A stretch of 64,000 bases of DNA from the human T2T-CHM13v2.0 reference genome, Homo sapiens, in the NCBI RefSeq assembly GCF_009914755.1, contig NC_060932.1; one strand, given 5' to 3'. Position 1 is the first letter of the stretch. The number at the start of each line of letters is the position of its first letter. Made by a program: the position numbers and the translations under genes. Shown one piece after another: positions 18,266 to 35,917 of this stretch. The notes beneath the pieces were generated by a model. That model was not told the origin of the DNA and ran no database searches. It saw only the letters and a list, made by a program, of their open reading frames with translations.

Positions 18266-18690
18266 AACCAGCATAAAAAACAGGATTTATACCTCTCTGT
18301 GTCTCTTTGATCCCAAGCAGTTGCTTTGCTAAATACATGAATTATCTTTTTTGTCTCTAAAGATCTTCTCCAAGATGACAATATGGCAAACCATTAACTA
18401 CCAATAAGATCAGTAGAAACTCTTTAAACCATTGAGGAATTCTCCATAAATGTGTTGCCATCATTGGACTCTCTGTATATTAGTTGTCAACAAGTTTATC
18501 TTCTCAGAATGACCATATTTATTTATGGTAAAAATATTCAATTATCTGCTACATAGTTAAATAAACAGAATGCTATAAAAATGATTTTGATACTTAGCAT
18601 TGCCTATAACTTTAGCTATGAAACTGGTGGGTCTCTATGAGGGAGACATCTGTCATTTCTAGGCCTGATATAGATTACTGTTGATTTTGT

Positions 18691-20536
18691 TTTTGTTGTT
18701 TATTCTTAATTTAATTTAATTTTATTTTATATTAAGTTCCAGGATACATGTGCAGGATGTGCAGGTTTGTTGCAAAGGTAAACATGTGCCATGGTGGATT
18801 CCTGCACCTATCAGCCCATCACCTAAGTATGAAGCCCCACATGAATTTTCTATTTATCCTGATGCTACCCCACCCCCATTCCCCTGACAGGCCCCAGTGT
18901 GTGTTGTTCTCCTTCCTGTGTCCATGTGTTCTCATTGTTCAGCTCCCACTTATAAGTGAGAACAGCAGTTTGGTTTTCTTTTCCTTTGTTAGTTTGCTGA
19001 GGATAATTGCTTCCAGGTCCATCTATGTCCCTGCAAAAACATGCTCTCATTCCTTTTTATGGCTGCATAGTATTCCATGGTGTGTATGTGCCACATTTTA
19101 TTTACCCAGCCTACCATTGATGGACATCTGGGTTGATTCCATGTCTTTGCTATTTTAAATAGTGCTACAATGAACATATATGTGCATGTATCTTTATAAT
19201 AGAATGATTTATATTCCTCTGGGTATATACCCAGTAATGGAATTGCTGGGTCAAATGGTATTTCTAGTTCTAGACTCTTGAGGAATTGCCACACTGTCTT
19301 CCACAATTGTTGAACTAATTTGCATTTCCACAAACAGTATAAAAGTGTTCCTATTTCTCCATAGCCTCATCAGCATCTGTTGTTTCTTGACTTTTTAATC
19401 ATTGCCATTCTGACTGGCATGAGATTGTATCTCACTGTGGTTTTGATTTGCATTTCTCTACTGATCAGTGATGTTGAGCTTTTTTTCATGTTTGTTGGCT
19501 GCATGAATGTCTTCTTTTGAGAAGTGTCTGTTCATGTCCTTTGCCCACTTTTTGATTTTTTTTTAATTGTAAATTTGTTTAAGTTCCTTGTAAATTCTGG
19601 ATATTAGACCTTTGTCAGATAGATAGATTGCAAAAATTTTCTCCCATTCTGTATGTTGTCTGTTCACTCTGATGATAAATTCTTTTGCAGTGTAGATCCA
19701 TTTTAGTTTAATTAGTTCCCATTTGTCAATTTTTGCTGTTGTTGCAATCTTTGCTTGTGTCTATCTCCTGAATGGTATTGTCTAGATTTTATTCTAGGGT
19801 TTTTATAGTTTGGGGTTTTATATTTAAGTCTTTAATCCATCTTGAGTTAATTTTTGTATAAGGTGTAAGGAAGGCATCTGGTTTTAATTTTCTGCATATG
19901 ACTAGCCAGTTATCCCAGCACCATTGATTAAATATGGAATCCTTTCCCCATTGCTTGTTTTTGTCAGGTTTGTCAAAGATCAGACCGTTGTAAATGTGTG
20001 GTCTTATTTCTGATATCTCTATTCTGTTCCACTGGTCTATGTGTCTGTTTTGGTACCAGTACCATGCTGTTTTGGTTACTGTGGCCATGTAGTATAGTTT
20101 TAAGTCAGGCAGCTTGATCCCTCCAGCTTAGTTCTTTTGCTTAGGATTGTCTTGACTATTCAGGCTCTTTTTTGGTTCCATATGAATTTAAAAGTAGTTT
20201 TTCCTAATTCTGTGAAGAATGGGAATAGCATTGAATTTATAAATTTCTTTGGGCAGTATGGCCATTTTCACAATATTGATTCTTCCTATCCACAAGCATG
20301 GAATGTTTTTCCATTTGTTTGTGTCCTCTTTTATTTCCTTGAGAAGTGGTTTGTAGTTTTCTCGAAGAAGTCCTTCACATCTCTTGTTAGCTGTATTTCT
20401 AGGTATTTTATTCTCTTTTTAGCAATTGTGAATGGTAGTTCATTCATGATTTGGCTCTCTGTCTATTGTTGGTGTATAGGAATGTTTGTGATTTTTGCAC
20501 ATTGATTTTGTATCCTGAGACTTTGCTGAAGTTGTT
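18691..20536 (-). mobile_element. 5'-truncated L1 (L1PA10-13-like)
   Basis: Antisense ORF2 C-terminus and 3'UTR; 20-bp TSD with 2 mismatches at 18671-18690 and 20537-20556. Confidence 0.92.
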
Positions 20537-22179
20537 TAGATTGCTGCTGATTTTGTATGACAACCTCTGCATGCTATAACATAGCTATTCATTATCTGAA
20601 GCTCTATGATACATTTTCTTTAACTCAAAATCTTCAGTCTTGCAGAACATTTAGCATTTTTATTGTTTACCCTTTCAAATCTCAAAATGGTAGTACATCT
20701 TACTAGGTTACCTAGTTTATAAGAGAGTGAGACTTTCAGAAAATATGGTTTATTATGCAGAAAAAGAAATGAATGTAAGAGTCCTAGGTCAATACTTCTC
20801 ATGTGCAAGAGTATCAAAGGAAGGAAGAAAAAGAGGTGGAAAGTAGATTATTTAAATTGGAACTGATTTCTAAACCATAGCAGATGGTAACCCAAGGGGA
20901 AGAGATGACTCACCATATCTATTTAGAAAAAGCCAGTGAACAGACTGTTACCCATCCTCTTATGAGTTTGTTTGCCTGTGAACTGACCTAAGAAATCCAC
21001 CAAATTTATTAATTGTCTCATTGAAAAAATGGCTTAGTACCAAAAGAGGCAGGAAATCACTATTGATCATCTTTAAACATCCACCAAACTAAGGCCCAGG
21101 AAAGAAGACATTTCCAAGGGACTCATTTCCTAAGTTAGCAGCTGTTTATTTGCTTATGTAGCTCAGTCTTCTGCAGTGTCCTCCTCTGTCAGAGCTGAGA
21201 AAATCAGCCATGTCAATAGACACACAGAACTTGCCTTTCTATCAGTTTACATCATAACTCCAAGCACACCAAACATTTTAATGAGATTCATAAGGTTATG
21301 CTGCAGACCATGCTCCCCTTAAAATGACTTTTAGACTTGTTCCTTCCCCAAGTCTTCACTTCCTATGCACATATTCTACATCTTAGCCCACCCCCATTTG
21401 TCCAACCTAACTTACCTGCTTTGTTTTCCCTCCTCACAATTCTTAGCCAGTTGTATTGCAAAGCAATTCATCTGTCCCATGTTACCTCAAAGCTAGGTAC
21501 CATCACCCACCAACGCATTTAGCATTCTAGTTAGGACACTCATGCCTTTTAGAAAGATTCATGAATTATAAGGTTTTTTTAATGCTTCACCTAAATATAC
21601 TCACATATGCAATGAATTCCTTCATAATGTTCAGCAAGAAACTTAGCCATATTGATAAAAATCTGTTTCAGAAAAGGCCAGTTCATGTTTTTAATCCTCC
21701 TGGGCAGAAGCTAAAGATTTCACTTATGTACATCCAATGACAAAATCTTCAAAAACTAATACCTGTTTATACATTATGGTAGGAAAGTTACAAGGTAGAG
21801 GAAGGTGGGATAAAACTAAACCAAAGCTATATCCTTTCATGTATCAGGACGAATAAAAGGGATAGGATAAACAAATAGCCTGGAGATTAATCTGCTTACA
21901 ATAAATATAATCTGGTTTACATAAATATTGCCCATAAGGAACGTCTATATAATGCAAACAAGTTAGAGTGTTAACAAGTTCTTCACCCAGAGAGTTCCCA
22001 GAGTTACCAACCCCATGTTATATTTTCTGCTCATTTGCAAACAAGACAGTTTGGTTAATTCTTTGAAGCTGTTATACCCACAAACAAAGTGGCACATAAG
22101 CACAGAAACTCATGTGTTGCATGCAGTCACCACGTTTCTTTAGGCTAGTTTAATCTGAAAGAATTCCAATCTTATGACT

Positions 22180-23330
22180 TCATAATTTTATAGAATGCCT
22201 CTCAGCTTAGGCTTAGTCTGGTGTTTCCTCCTCATTCAATTTAGATTATGCATTTTTGAAAGGAGTATTATGAACTGTGACAGTCCCATTACAGAGGAGG
22301 TTAACTTTATTCAGTTAAGGTGGTGTCTGCCATGTTGTTCCTAGGTGAAGTCACTATTTTCCCCTTCCTCATTAATAAACCTCTTGTGGCAGATACTTTG
22401 AGACTATGTAATATCCTGCTTCTCATCAGATTCCCACCCTCTAATTTTAGCAGCTGCTGACAACTATTTTACCAATCCAATTATCACTCTGATGGTTGAA
22501 AAATGGTGATTTTCTAACTCCATTATCCTTTTACATGTATTACTTGGCAATCTATTGTAAGCCCTTTTCTTCCCTGCTCCTCCCATTTATTTATTTACAT
22601 CATGTGGGGGAAACTCATGGAGTCTTATTTTATTCTAGGATAGATTTGTTGTCCAATACTGCATAGCCAATCATTCTAAAACTTAGTGATTTAAAACAAC
22701 AGTAATCATTTATTGTCTCGCACCCATTCTGTGGGCCACAAATTCAGTGATTTGTCTGGCTGGACCTGGCGCAGGACTCCAATGAGGTTGCAGTCCAGAG
22801 CTAGCTTGTCTTCTGAAAGTCTGACTGGGAGGAAAGGTTATCCTCCAGGGTGGCCACTCACAAAGTGGGCAATTTGGTGTTTGGTGCTGGTGGGAGACCT
22901 CTTCCCAGGGCTGTCTGAGTGTCCTACAGCATGGACTCTGGGTTCCCCCAGAGTGAGCCATTCAATAAACTAAGGTGAGAACTGCATTGTCTTATGACCT
23001 AGCCCTGGAAGTCATGCTCTGCTGCCTCCACAGCATTCCATTGCTAACACAGCCCCCATTCAATGTGGGAGGGAACTGCACAAGGGCGTGAGCCTTAGGA
23101 GGTGAGGATCATTGTGGGCCATCTTAGAGCTTATCTAGAAATGGATTATTACTCTTTACTATCATTATTCATTTTGAAACTCACTTTTCCCCAGATTTGG
23201 CCAGTGAGAGCCCCTTCAACTTGGCTCCTACATCCTTCTGACATTCCCCCATTATTCTTCGAGAACTTTGTTAATTTCAGGTATAATAAGAAATCCCATC
23301 TTATACCTTCCTTGCTCTAGCTCTGGAAGC
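22180..23330 (-). mobile_element. Ancient L1M 3' fragment split by an MLT1 LTR
   Basis: Degenerate L1MC-like sequence on both sides of the LTR; boundaries approximate. Confidence 0.5.
22640..23135 (-). mobile_element. MLT1-family MaLR LTR
   Basis: AAAACTTAGTGATTTAAAACAAC...GGATCATTGTGGGCCATCTTAGAG pattern. Confidence 0.7.
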
Positions 23331-24387
23331 TGAACACCACCATTGTTGACTGCCCAACTGACCAGTAGAAGGAACTAATGCTAAACCTCTGATATGACAC
23401 CTGCCACCTGGAGGCAGGCTGGTTGCAATAGACCCTTCTACCCTACAAGGAACAATGACATGTCCTTACTGAAATAGATACCTTTTCTGGTTATGGGTTT
23501 GTCTTTCTGCCCACTATATTTCCCTAGATTCATTATATGTAGTGTCATGTTTACCATCCTGTTTCCATTATAGCATTGCTTCTAACAAAGAAGCTCATTT
23601 TACAAAAAGATAAGGGTGACAATAATACCATGGTCAAAGAATTCATTGGTCTTTCAGTGTACTTGATAGAATTGGCTTAGTGAAAACCCAGTTATGGAGC
23701 TAATTCTCTGCAAAGTATATGTGCCATCCAAAAGGACATGCTGTATGCAAAAATCACTGCCACTATTTGATTATCTTTCTCCTATAGCCAGAATATATGA
23801 GTCCAGGAATCAAAGCATGATAATTGAAAGGGCTTGTCTAACTATTATACCTAAAAATCATTCACAAAATTTTCATTTCTCATCTTCATGTCTTTGGACT
23901 GTTGTATGTTCTCAGAGAACACAACAATTGTTTCCAGTTGGAAACTGGGACTGCCATTTGGTCATTTTGGTCTTGTCATGCTATAGAGCAAATAGACAAA
24001 GAAGGAGGTTCCAGTGCAGGCAATTATTATTGGTTCTGATTAGCAAGAGGAAATTTGGTTGCTGCAACACACAGAGGTGGAAAGGGAGGACTATGTCTGG
24101 AGCCCAGAGGATTTTGTGAGACGCCTCCTGATATTGCTATGTCAATTAGTAAAATTTATAGAAAATAATAACAGTTTAATTGAGGCCAACTGACTGGGGA
24201 ATTTGATCCTCCAAGAATAAAAGTTTGGAGTATTGTGGTAAAATGTCCTAGCTAGCTAAAGTGCTGACTGAGTGAAAAGAGAACAGAGAAAGGGTAGTGG
24301 GACAGGAAGTTATAGATATCAACTTCAGCCTTATGACATGTTACGGAAACAATTATAGCAGCCATGTATATTTTATTTCTTGTTTGT

Positions 24388-25237
24388 CTTGGTAGCCAGC
24401 TTCCAAGAAAGTCCCAGTGATTCCTGACTCCTGGTATTTCCATTCTCTCTCTCTCTCTCTCCCTCCCCTTCTCTTTTCTCATTTTTTTTCTCTCTCTTTC
24501 TCCCTCTCTCTCACCTCTTGCTCTGGCAGAAGCCAGCTACCAGGTCATGAAGAGTCCCAAGGAAGAGCCTACATGGCAAGGATCTAAACACTCCAGACAA
24601 CAACCATGTGCATGACCTTAGAAATGAATCCTTCAGCTCCTGTCCAGCCTTCAGATGTGGATTAGTCCATTCTCACACTGCTATAAAGAATTACCTAAGA
24701 CTGCGTAATTTTTGAAGAAAAGAGCTCGAGCTGACTCACAATTCTGCAGGCTGTACATTCCATGCATACTCCTGCATGCCTGGGAGCCTTCAGGAAATTT
24801 GCAATCATTATGGAAGGGGAAGGGGAAGCAAGCACATTTTACCATGGTGGAGCAGGAGACAGAGAGGGAAGAGGGAAGTGCTACAGCTTTTTAAACAATC
24901 TTGTGAGATCTTGTGAGAACTCATTCACTATCATGAGAACAGCAAGGGGGAATTCTGCCCACATGATCCAAGCACTTGCCACCAGGCGCATCATTCAACA
25001 CTGGGAATTACAATTCAACATGAAATTTGGGTGGGGACATAGAGCCAAACTATGTCAAGATGACTGCAGCCTTGGCCAACATCTTGACTGCAATTTTATG
25101 AGAAGCCCTGAGCCAGAACTATCATTAAGCCACTTCTTGATTCTTGATTCTCAGAAACTGGTGAAAGATAATGTTTTTTCATTTTAAGCTCCTACATCTT
25201 GGGGTAATTTGCTATACAGGAATAGGTAAATAATGCA
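24388..25237 (+). mobile_element. MLT1F-like LTR
   Basis: GAAGCCAGCT...CAGCCTTCAGATG/ACTGCAGCC...GGGGTAATTTGCTATACAG; split by an MST LTR. Confidence 0.75.
24658..25057 (-). mobile_element. MSTA/THE1-like LTR
   Basis: ATTAGTCCATTCTCACACTGCTATAAAG...GGGGACATAGAGCCAAAC; TSD AGATG at 24653-24657 and 25058-25062. Confidence 0.88.
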
Positions 25238-25557
25238 CTTGTTATATTCACATATATAAATATTAGCTAATCTCCTTTCTTTTCATTACAATTTTATATT
25301 ATGAGTCCTGTGGTGGTTTACTTAATAATTTGGACTCTTGGGTACAGAATAATCAGATGAGATTGTGCCTGAGCAAGAGATGAATAACATGATTGGTGGA
25401 TCTTTGTATCTCAGCTTGTTTTTAAGAGGGGGTAAGACCATCTTCACTTGTACAAGGCTTAATTGCATCATACTAGGTGGAAGCATAAAGAGGGTGTTAT
25501 TGCTGCCTGGAAGCTTAAATGTGGGTAAAGGCAGTGTTTGAATATTGACTAGCCAAA

Positions 25558-26170
25558 TGGTTGGGCTGGGCTGGTTATTTTTCTGTTTGGTCTTAGCTCC
25601 CACACATTTCTATTCTTTGATCAATGCTGCTGGGCTTGGGAATTGAAAACTACATTTCCCAGATGCCTTTGCCAGCTGGCTTCCTGTTTGTTCTGCCAAT
25701 GGGAGGCATTGGAGGAGACCAGAAAATAGAACCTGTGTGGTTCTTGCTCTGACAGTAGTGACATTGCCGGCAATGAAGGCAGTGCAAGAAGGGGTGGGCT
25801 GCTGTGAGTCCAGCAGCCTAGGAAGTGCACCACCTCTCTGGTGACTCTACTACCTTGGTGACCACTCTTTGATTCCAACGTTGTCAGAAAGAATAGCTTC
25901 TCAGCATTTCCAGTGCTGGCAGCTGCAGAGCTACCCACAGCACAAAAATCAAGTGCAACACATAGGTTCCAGTTAGGGGTACTAGCTGCTTTCTGACCTT
26001 TTACTCTCATTTCTCTCCCTTTTTAAAAAAATCCCTCTAGCATCCCCTACTTCTCCTTTTTGTTCTTCAGCCTTCCTAATCACTTTATAAGTCATTCACT
26101 ATATTATATCTCTTCTAGTTTAAATCCTTAAAGTAGTTTACATTTTCCTAACGTAATAAGACTGACAGAT
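25558..26170 (+). mobile_element. LTR33-like ERVL LTR
   Basis: AAAACTACATTTCCCAGA...TTGCCAGCTGGCTTCCTGTT...TTCTGCCAATGGGAGGCA motif. Confidence 0.65.
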
Positions 26171-26699
26171 TCTCAGGCTTCATGGAGATGCATTTTGGGA
26201 AACAACAAGCTTAAATATTCCGCAAAAGTTCCTCTTTATCTCTAAATATTTCAGAAATACATGAAACTATAGTATTTACCTTCATTTTTCTCTAGAAGGC
26301 CATGCATATGATCAAAGTTTTTTAACATCTGGAAACTAGTACAGTGCTAACACTTCTAGTAAGAACCAATGCAAAGCAATCCATGATCCAGAAACTAGTA
26401 ATATGAAACATTTAACTCAGTACTTAAATATTCAACTAAAAGTAAAATGTTCTCATGCTGAGATACGTTTATCTTCAATATAATTATTTGCTTATTTAAC
26501 TGGAAACTCGTGTCCTTGCGGCATGTTGTGTATTAACATAGTGTTTGTAGACATTTTCAAATTTTGTGGTATTTTTCCTTTTTTTTCTATTCTATGGTTT
26601 TTAGTGTGCTTCTAATGTATTAAATAAAGGAAGAAGTTGAGAATGAAAACATTGATGCAGAGATGCTTATTAATTGATAATTGATGAATGCTAATTGCT

Positions 26700-27185
26700 C
26701 CCTATCTGATCTGGCTTCTGGCAATCTCCAACTGCACCCCTACTACTAAGTGGTTCTGCAGCCACACTGGCCTTCTTGCTAGTCCTCAAGTGCACTAATC
26801 TGTTCCCATCTCAGGAACTGTTCCCTCTGCCTGGAATGCTCCTCCCTGTATCTCTGTCTGCCCCACTCCTTCACATCATTACTGTCTTTGCTAAAATATT
26901 AACTATAAAGACAGCCTTTTCCTCTCCTCACATCCTGGCTGTCCAGATTGTCAACCCACCTAGTCCCTCTCCATTGGGCCTACTTTGCTTTTCCTCTCAG
27001 CACTTGTGTCTCCCTGAAATCATGTCCTGTAAATATATGCTTATTCTTTTACTCTCAGTCTTTCACTGAGTGTAAATTCTGTCAGGCCTAGAAAACTGTC
27101 TTTGTTTGCCACCTTATATCGTGTGCCTAGAACAGTGGGGCTTGGCATTTACATAGTCACAGTAAACATTGATTAAATCAATGTT
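26700..27185 (+). mobile_element. L2 3' fragment
   Basis: GCCACACTGGCCTTCTTG, GTTCCCTCTGCCTGGAATGCT and GTGCCTAGAACAGT L2 hallmarks. Confidence 0.75.
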
Positions 27186-27292
27186 TTGGTTCATACGTTT
27201 TCACTATTATGTATGTTTCATATTTTTTACCACTGCCAATTTTGGAGATTTAACATGCACTTTCAGCATTATATGTTTTAAGCAATACAGAG

Positions 27293-27540
27293 TGTGATGA
27301 TTAATTGTATGTGTCAACTTGACTGGACCATGGGATGCCCAGGTATTTAACCAAATGTTTTCTGAGTGCTTTTGTGAGGATGTATTTGGATGAGTTTAAT
27401 ATTTAAATCAATAGACTCAGTAAAGCAGATGATCCTCCCTGATGTGGGTGGGCTTCATCCAATCAGTTGACAGCCTCGATGGAACAAAAAGACTGATCTT
27501 CCCTCTAATAAGAGGGAATTCCTCCTGCCTGACTGCCTCC
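27293..27540 (+). mobile_element. MLT2 LTR 5' fragment
   Basis: TGTGATGATTAATTGTATGTGTCAACTTGACTGG start; truncated. Confidence 0.8.
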
Positions 27541-30500
27541 CTTTAAATATCTATGAAAATCACAGAAAAAAAATCGCATACAGAGAGAGCCATCCAAAAC
27601 ATACTAACACGATTATGACTAATTTTTTTTTAGTGAAGTCACACTGGAAATTATGACAGAATATTTTTAAATTACCTGGTCAACTTAGATGAGCAGACGT
27701 TAAATAATCCAGAAAAAAATGCCCACTTCAGCATTTTAAATTTCAAGCTACAGTCTCCCAAGGAAAGCCCCAGAAATTTCATCACTAACAATTTTAATAT
27801 ACACAAAGAAATGGTCAGTTGTTACATAATAAAAAAATTCTAAAATTATAAAGAAAATTGTAAGAAAAAGGTTTTAACGGACTTTTTAAAAGTTTCCCAA
27901 AATGTCAGTTCTTTTTAAGAGTTGTCCTTTCAAAATAAGTATATCATGATTAATATCAAAAGAACTTTGTGCTAGGTAATGTAGCAAAAATAAACTCACC
28001 CTAAAATAAATCACAATTGCACACTGTTTAGTAAATTTTATTTCTTCTTGTCTGCTCATTAAAGTTCTCCCTCACATCCTATCCACAGAAGAGTCAGTGC
28101 TTGGGGAGGAGACTGTGATAATGTGACTTGCTGGAAAGAACCATCTAAATTGGGTAGTACTTTCAGGAATTTATACAAGGGATTCTGAGACTTTCTCTCT
28201 GAAAAGGAATTGGGGCAGACTCTCTGTAAACCTCAGATGTATATTTCTAACTATGTTGGAGAACACACTTTTAGAAATACACTGATTAAGTAAAGGTTAC
28301 TTTTCCTTGTTTATAAATCTTGATTCTGCCGGTGCTGGGTAGTTGGTGACTATGTGTAGAAATTATATGAATTTATGAGCATTTATTTGTTTAATATTTA
28401 AAAAAATCAAGCTCAGATTTCTGTAGCACATCAGCTAGTTCAAACTTAAACAGTGAAAAAAAATATGAGAATTGTTTTTGTTTTCAAGCATTTATTCATT
28501 TAAAATTTTAGGAAGTAGAACTATGGTTGAACTTTGAATTAGAACTCTGAAAAAAAAAAGAAAGAAAAAAGGCTAATGAAATATTAAAGAGACATCCAAG
28601 GAGCAGCAGGACAAGAATGAACCTACATGTTTCTTTCACAGAGAACCCTAAGAAACGGAAGAAACACTGGAAACAGGAAGAGTAATCATAAAGAGTAACC
28701 GTATTTGAATAACTAACTGTAATAAATGTAGGATAACATAAAAGAAATACATTATCCAACTATGTGCTCAGCAATCCGAGCATGAAACGTCAGTTACAGT
28801 ATCTGTAATAGTGATGAAAATTTTTTTGAGTCATAACTGTTTTAGAGAACTCAGGTTTTATTAGTTTTGGTTTTAATTCAGTAGTATAAGAAATTTAATT
28901 TTGGTTGGTTTGTGATTATAAAAATGTAATTACCCTTATAATGTTAGTTATTTAGGGGAATGGACTTCCTTCTATTTAATAAAATACCATCTTCTCCCAC
29001 TGGATGGCAACAGTGGTTCAAAAATCAAAGGAGTTTTGCACACTGCCTTACTATGTTGACGATCTCAATTAGAGGACAAGTGAAACAACAAATATATGAA
29101 CAGATAACTACAAAACCCCAATAATCTAGTTGTGTACCCCATGAGAGAAAGTGTGCAAGTTCATGAAACTGTATAGTATGTAGAAGTGAGCATTTTCTTT
29201 AAAACGTTACTGGGTTTTGTTTTATGATCTATTGACAATATTGATTATAGTTTTTAAATTAGAATAAGAAAATCATTGTAAATGGTATCATAATCCCAAG
29301 TGGATTAAGTGCCATCAGACATAGAAATGAGCTACATGGACATGTCAAGGCATCATTTTTCTCTAGATCAAATTTTAAAAGTAACAGTTTGTCTTGAACT
29401 ACTTTAAAGTGGGACTACTGTCTTAACTATCTTATTATCCTACATACCCATAACATTGGCTGGTACCTATGGATATTTATTGAACAGAAACAACCCAAAG
29501 ATATACTCAATCTTATGAGAATCATAAGATTTTGTAAAATTCCCTTCCAGTTATATCTGGCTTTCCATCTTTGCAATTGTTGCAAAGGAATGTCAGCATT
29601 TATTTACCCACTCAACAGGAGAATTGAGGGCTTAACATCTATCGGTCACTTGCTAGGTGCAGAGACTTTAAATTCAAATAATGCCAGGTTCCTGCCCTCA
29701 GGGAATTGGCACCTTGATGGGGTAGAACTTGTAAACAAATAATTTTCAGAGATTCAGAAATATTTACAGATAGATAGCTATACATACCACTGTTAGAGAA
29801 GAATAAAAGGGGCAAGAAATTCCAATAAAGAACAGGTCTTAGTCTTCAAAAAGAAGTACCATTGAGGTGCTTTGCAAACTGTTCACCTACTAGTCAAAAT
29901 AGATGAGTCCCTCATCAGTCAGCAACATAAAACATCAGTACCATTGCACTCACAAGAAAAATAGTTGAATTAGAAGTCATGGAGCTCCTGTTAAAATTCA
30001 GGCTAATAAAAATGAGATTCAGTGAAGAGATTCTAAGTGTGTGGAAGACATGAACTATTTACACATTTAGAAAATGGAACAGGTTTGGGCTGGGTGTTTC
30101 TTCCTCCCCACACCCCTCTAAATCTTGGTCAAGAGATGCATGAGGGAGAGGGGTTCCAAGAAGGCCGAATAGGAACAGCTCCAGTCTACAGCTCCCAGCG
30201 TGAGTGACGCAGAAGACGGGTGATTTCTGCATTTCCAACTGAGGTACCGGGTTCATCTCACTGGGGCTTGTCAGACAGTGGGTGCAGGACTGTGGGTGCA
30301 GTGCACCGAGTATGAGCTGAAGGAGGGCGAGGCATTGCCTCACCTGGCCAAACAAAGGGAATTCCCTTTCCTAGCCTGGCTTGGAGGGTCCCATGCCTAC
30401 GGAGCCTCGCTCATTCCTGGCACAGCAGTCTGAGATTAATCTGCAAGGCAGCAGCGAGACTGGGGGAGGGGCACCTGCCATTGCCCAGGCTCGAGTAGGT

Positions 30501-31055
30501 AAACAAAGCAGCCAGGAAGCTCCATCTGGGTGGAGCCCACCGCAGGTCAAGGAGGCCTGCCTGACCCTGTAGACTCCACCTCTGGGGGCAGGGCATAGCC
30601 GAACAAAAGGCAGCAGAAACCTCTGCAGACTTAAATGTCCCCATCTGACAGCTTTGAAGAGAGTAGCGGTTCTCCCAGCACAGAGTTTGAGATCTGAGAA
30701 CGGACAAATTGCCTCCTCAAGTGGGTCCCTGATCCCTGAGTAGCCTAAATGGGAGGCACCCCCAGTAGGGGCAGACTGAAACCTTACATGGCCGGGTACC
30801 CCTCTGAGACAAAACTTGCAGAGGAATGATCAGGCAGCAATATTTGCTGTTCAGCAATATTCGCTGTTCTGCAGCCTCCTCTGCTGATATTCAGGCAAAC
30901 AGGGTCTGGAGGGGACCTCCAGCAAACTCCAACAGACCTGCAGCTGAGGGTCCTGACTGTTAGAAGGAAAACTAACGAACAGAAAAGACATCCACACCAA
31001 AACCCCATCTGTACATCACCATCGTCAAAGAACAAAGGTAGATAAAACCGCAAAG

Positions 31056-32065
31056 ATGGGGAACAAACAGAGCAGAAAAGCTGAAAATTCTAAAAATCAG
31101 AGCACCTCTCCCCCTCTAAAAGAACGCAGCTCCTCACCAGCAATGGAACAAAGCTGGATAGAGAATGACTTTGATGAGAGAAGAAGGCTTCAGACGATCA
31201 AACTTCTCCAAGCTAAAGGAGGAAGTTTGAACCCATCACAAAGAAGTTAAAAACCTTGAAAAAAGATTAGATGAATGGCTAACTAGAATAACGAATGTAG
31301 AGAAGTCCTTAAATGACCTGATGGAGCTGAAAACTATGGCACGAGAACTGTGTGACAAATGCACAAGCTTCAGTAGCCAATTCGATCAACTGGAAGAAAG
31401 GGTATCAGTGATTGAAGATCAAATGAATGAAATGAAGCAAGGAGAAGTTTTGAGAAAAAAGAGTAAAAACAAAGGAACAAAGCCTCCAAGAAGTATGGGA
31501 CTATGTGAAAAGACCAAATCTACATCTGATTGTTGTACCTGAAAGTGACGGGGAGAATGGAACCAAATTGGAAAAAGCTCTGCAGGATTTTATCCAGGAG
31601 AACTTCCCCAACCTAGCAAGGTAAGCCAATATTCAAATTCAGGAAATACAGAGAACGCCACAAAGATACTCATCGAGAAGAGCAACTCCAAGACACATAA
31701 TTGTCACATTTACTAAAGTTGAAATGAAGGAAAAAATGTTAAGGGCAGCCAGAGAGAAAGGTCGGGTTACCAACAAAGGGAAGCCCATCAGACTAACAGT
31801 GGATCTCTTGGCAGAAACACTACAAGCCAGAAGACAGTGGGGGCCAATATTCAACGTTCTTAAAGAAAATAATTTTCAACCCAGAATTTCATATCCAGCC
31901 AAACTAAGCTTCATAAGTGAAGGAGAAATAAAATCCTTTACAGATAAGCAAATGCTGAGAGATTTTGTCACGACCAGGCCTGCCCTACAAGAGCTCCTGA
32001 AGGAAGCACTAAACATGGAAAGGAATAACCGGTACCAGCTACTGCAAAAACATGCCAAAGTGTAA
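31056..32065 (+). pseudogene. Disrupted L1 ORF1p
   Basis: MGNKQSRK to LQKHAKV, with frameshifts. Confidence 0.95.
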
Positions 32066-32128
32066 AGACCATCGAGGCTAGAAAGAAACTGCATCAACTA
32101 ACGAGCAAAATAACCAGCTAAAATCATA

Positions 32129-35917
<3,789 letters not shown>

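Larger units (their letters stand above)
23335..25556 (+). mobile_element. ERVL internal relic (integrase region), interrupted by LTRs
   Basis: About 23462-23506 translates VLTEIDTFSGYGFVF, matching the ERVL integrase motif LTGIDTYSGYGF; an upstream TWRQ resembles TWWQVD. Confidence 0.7.
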
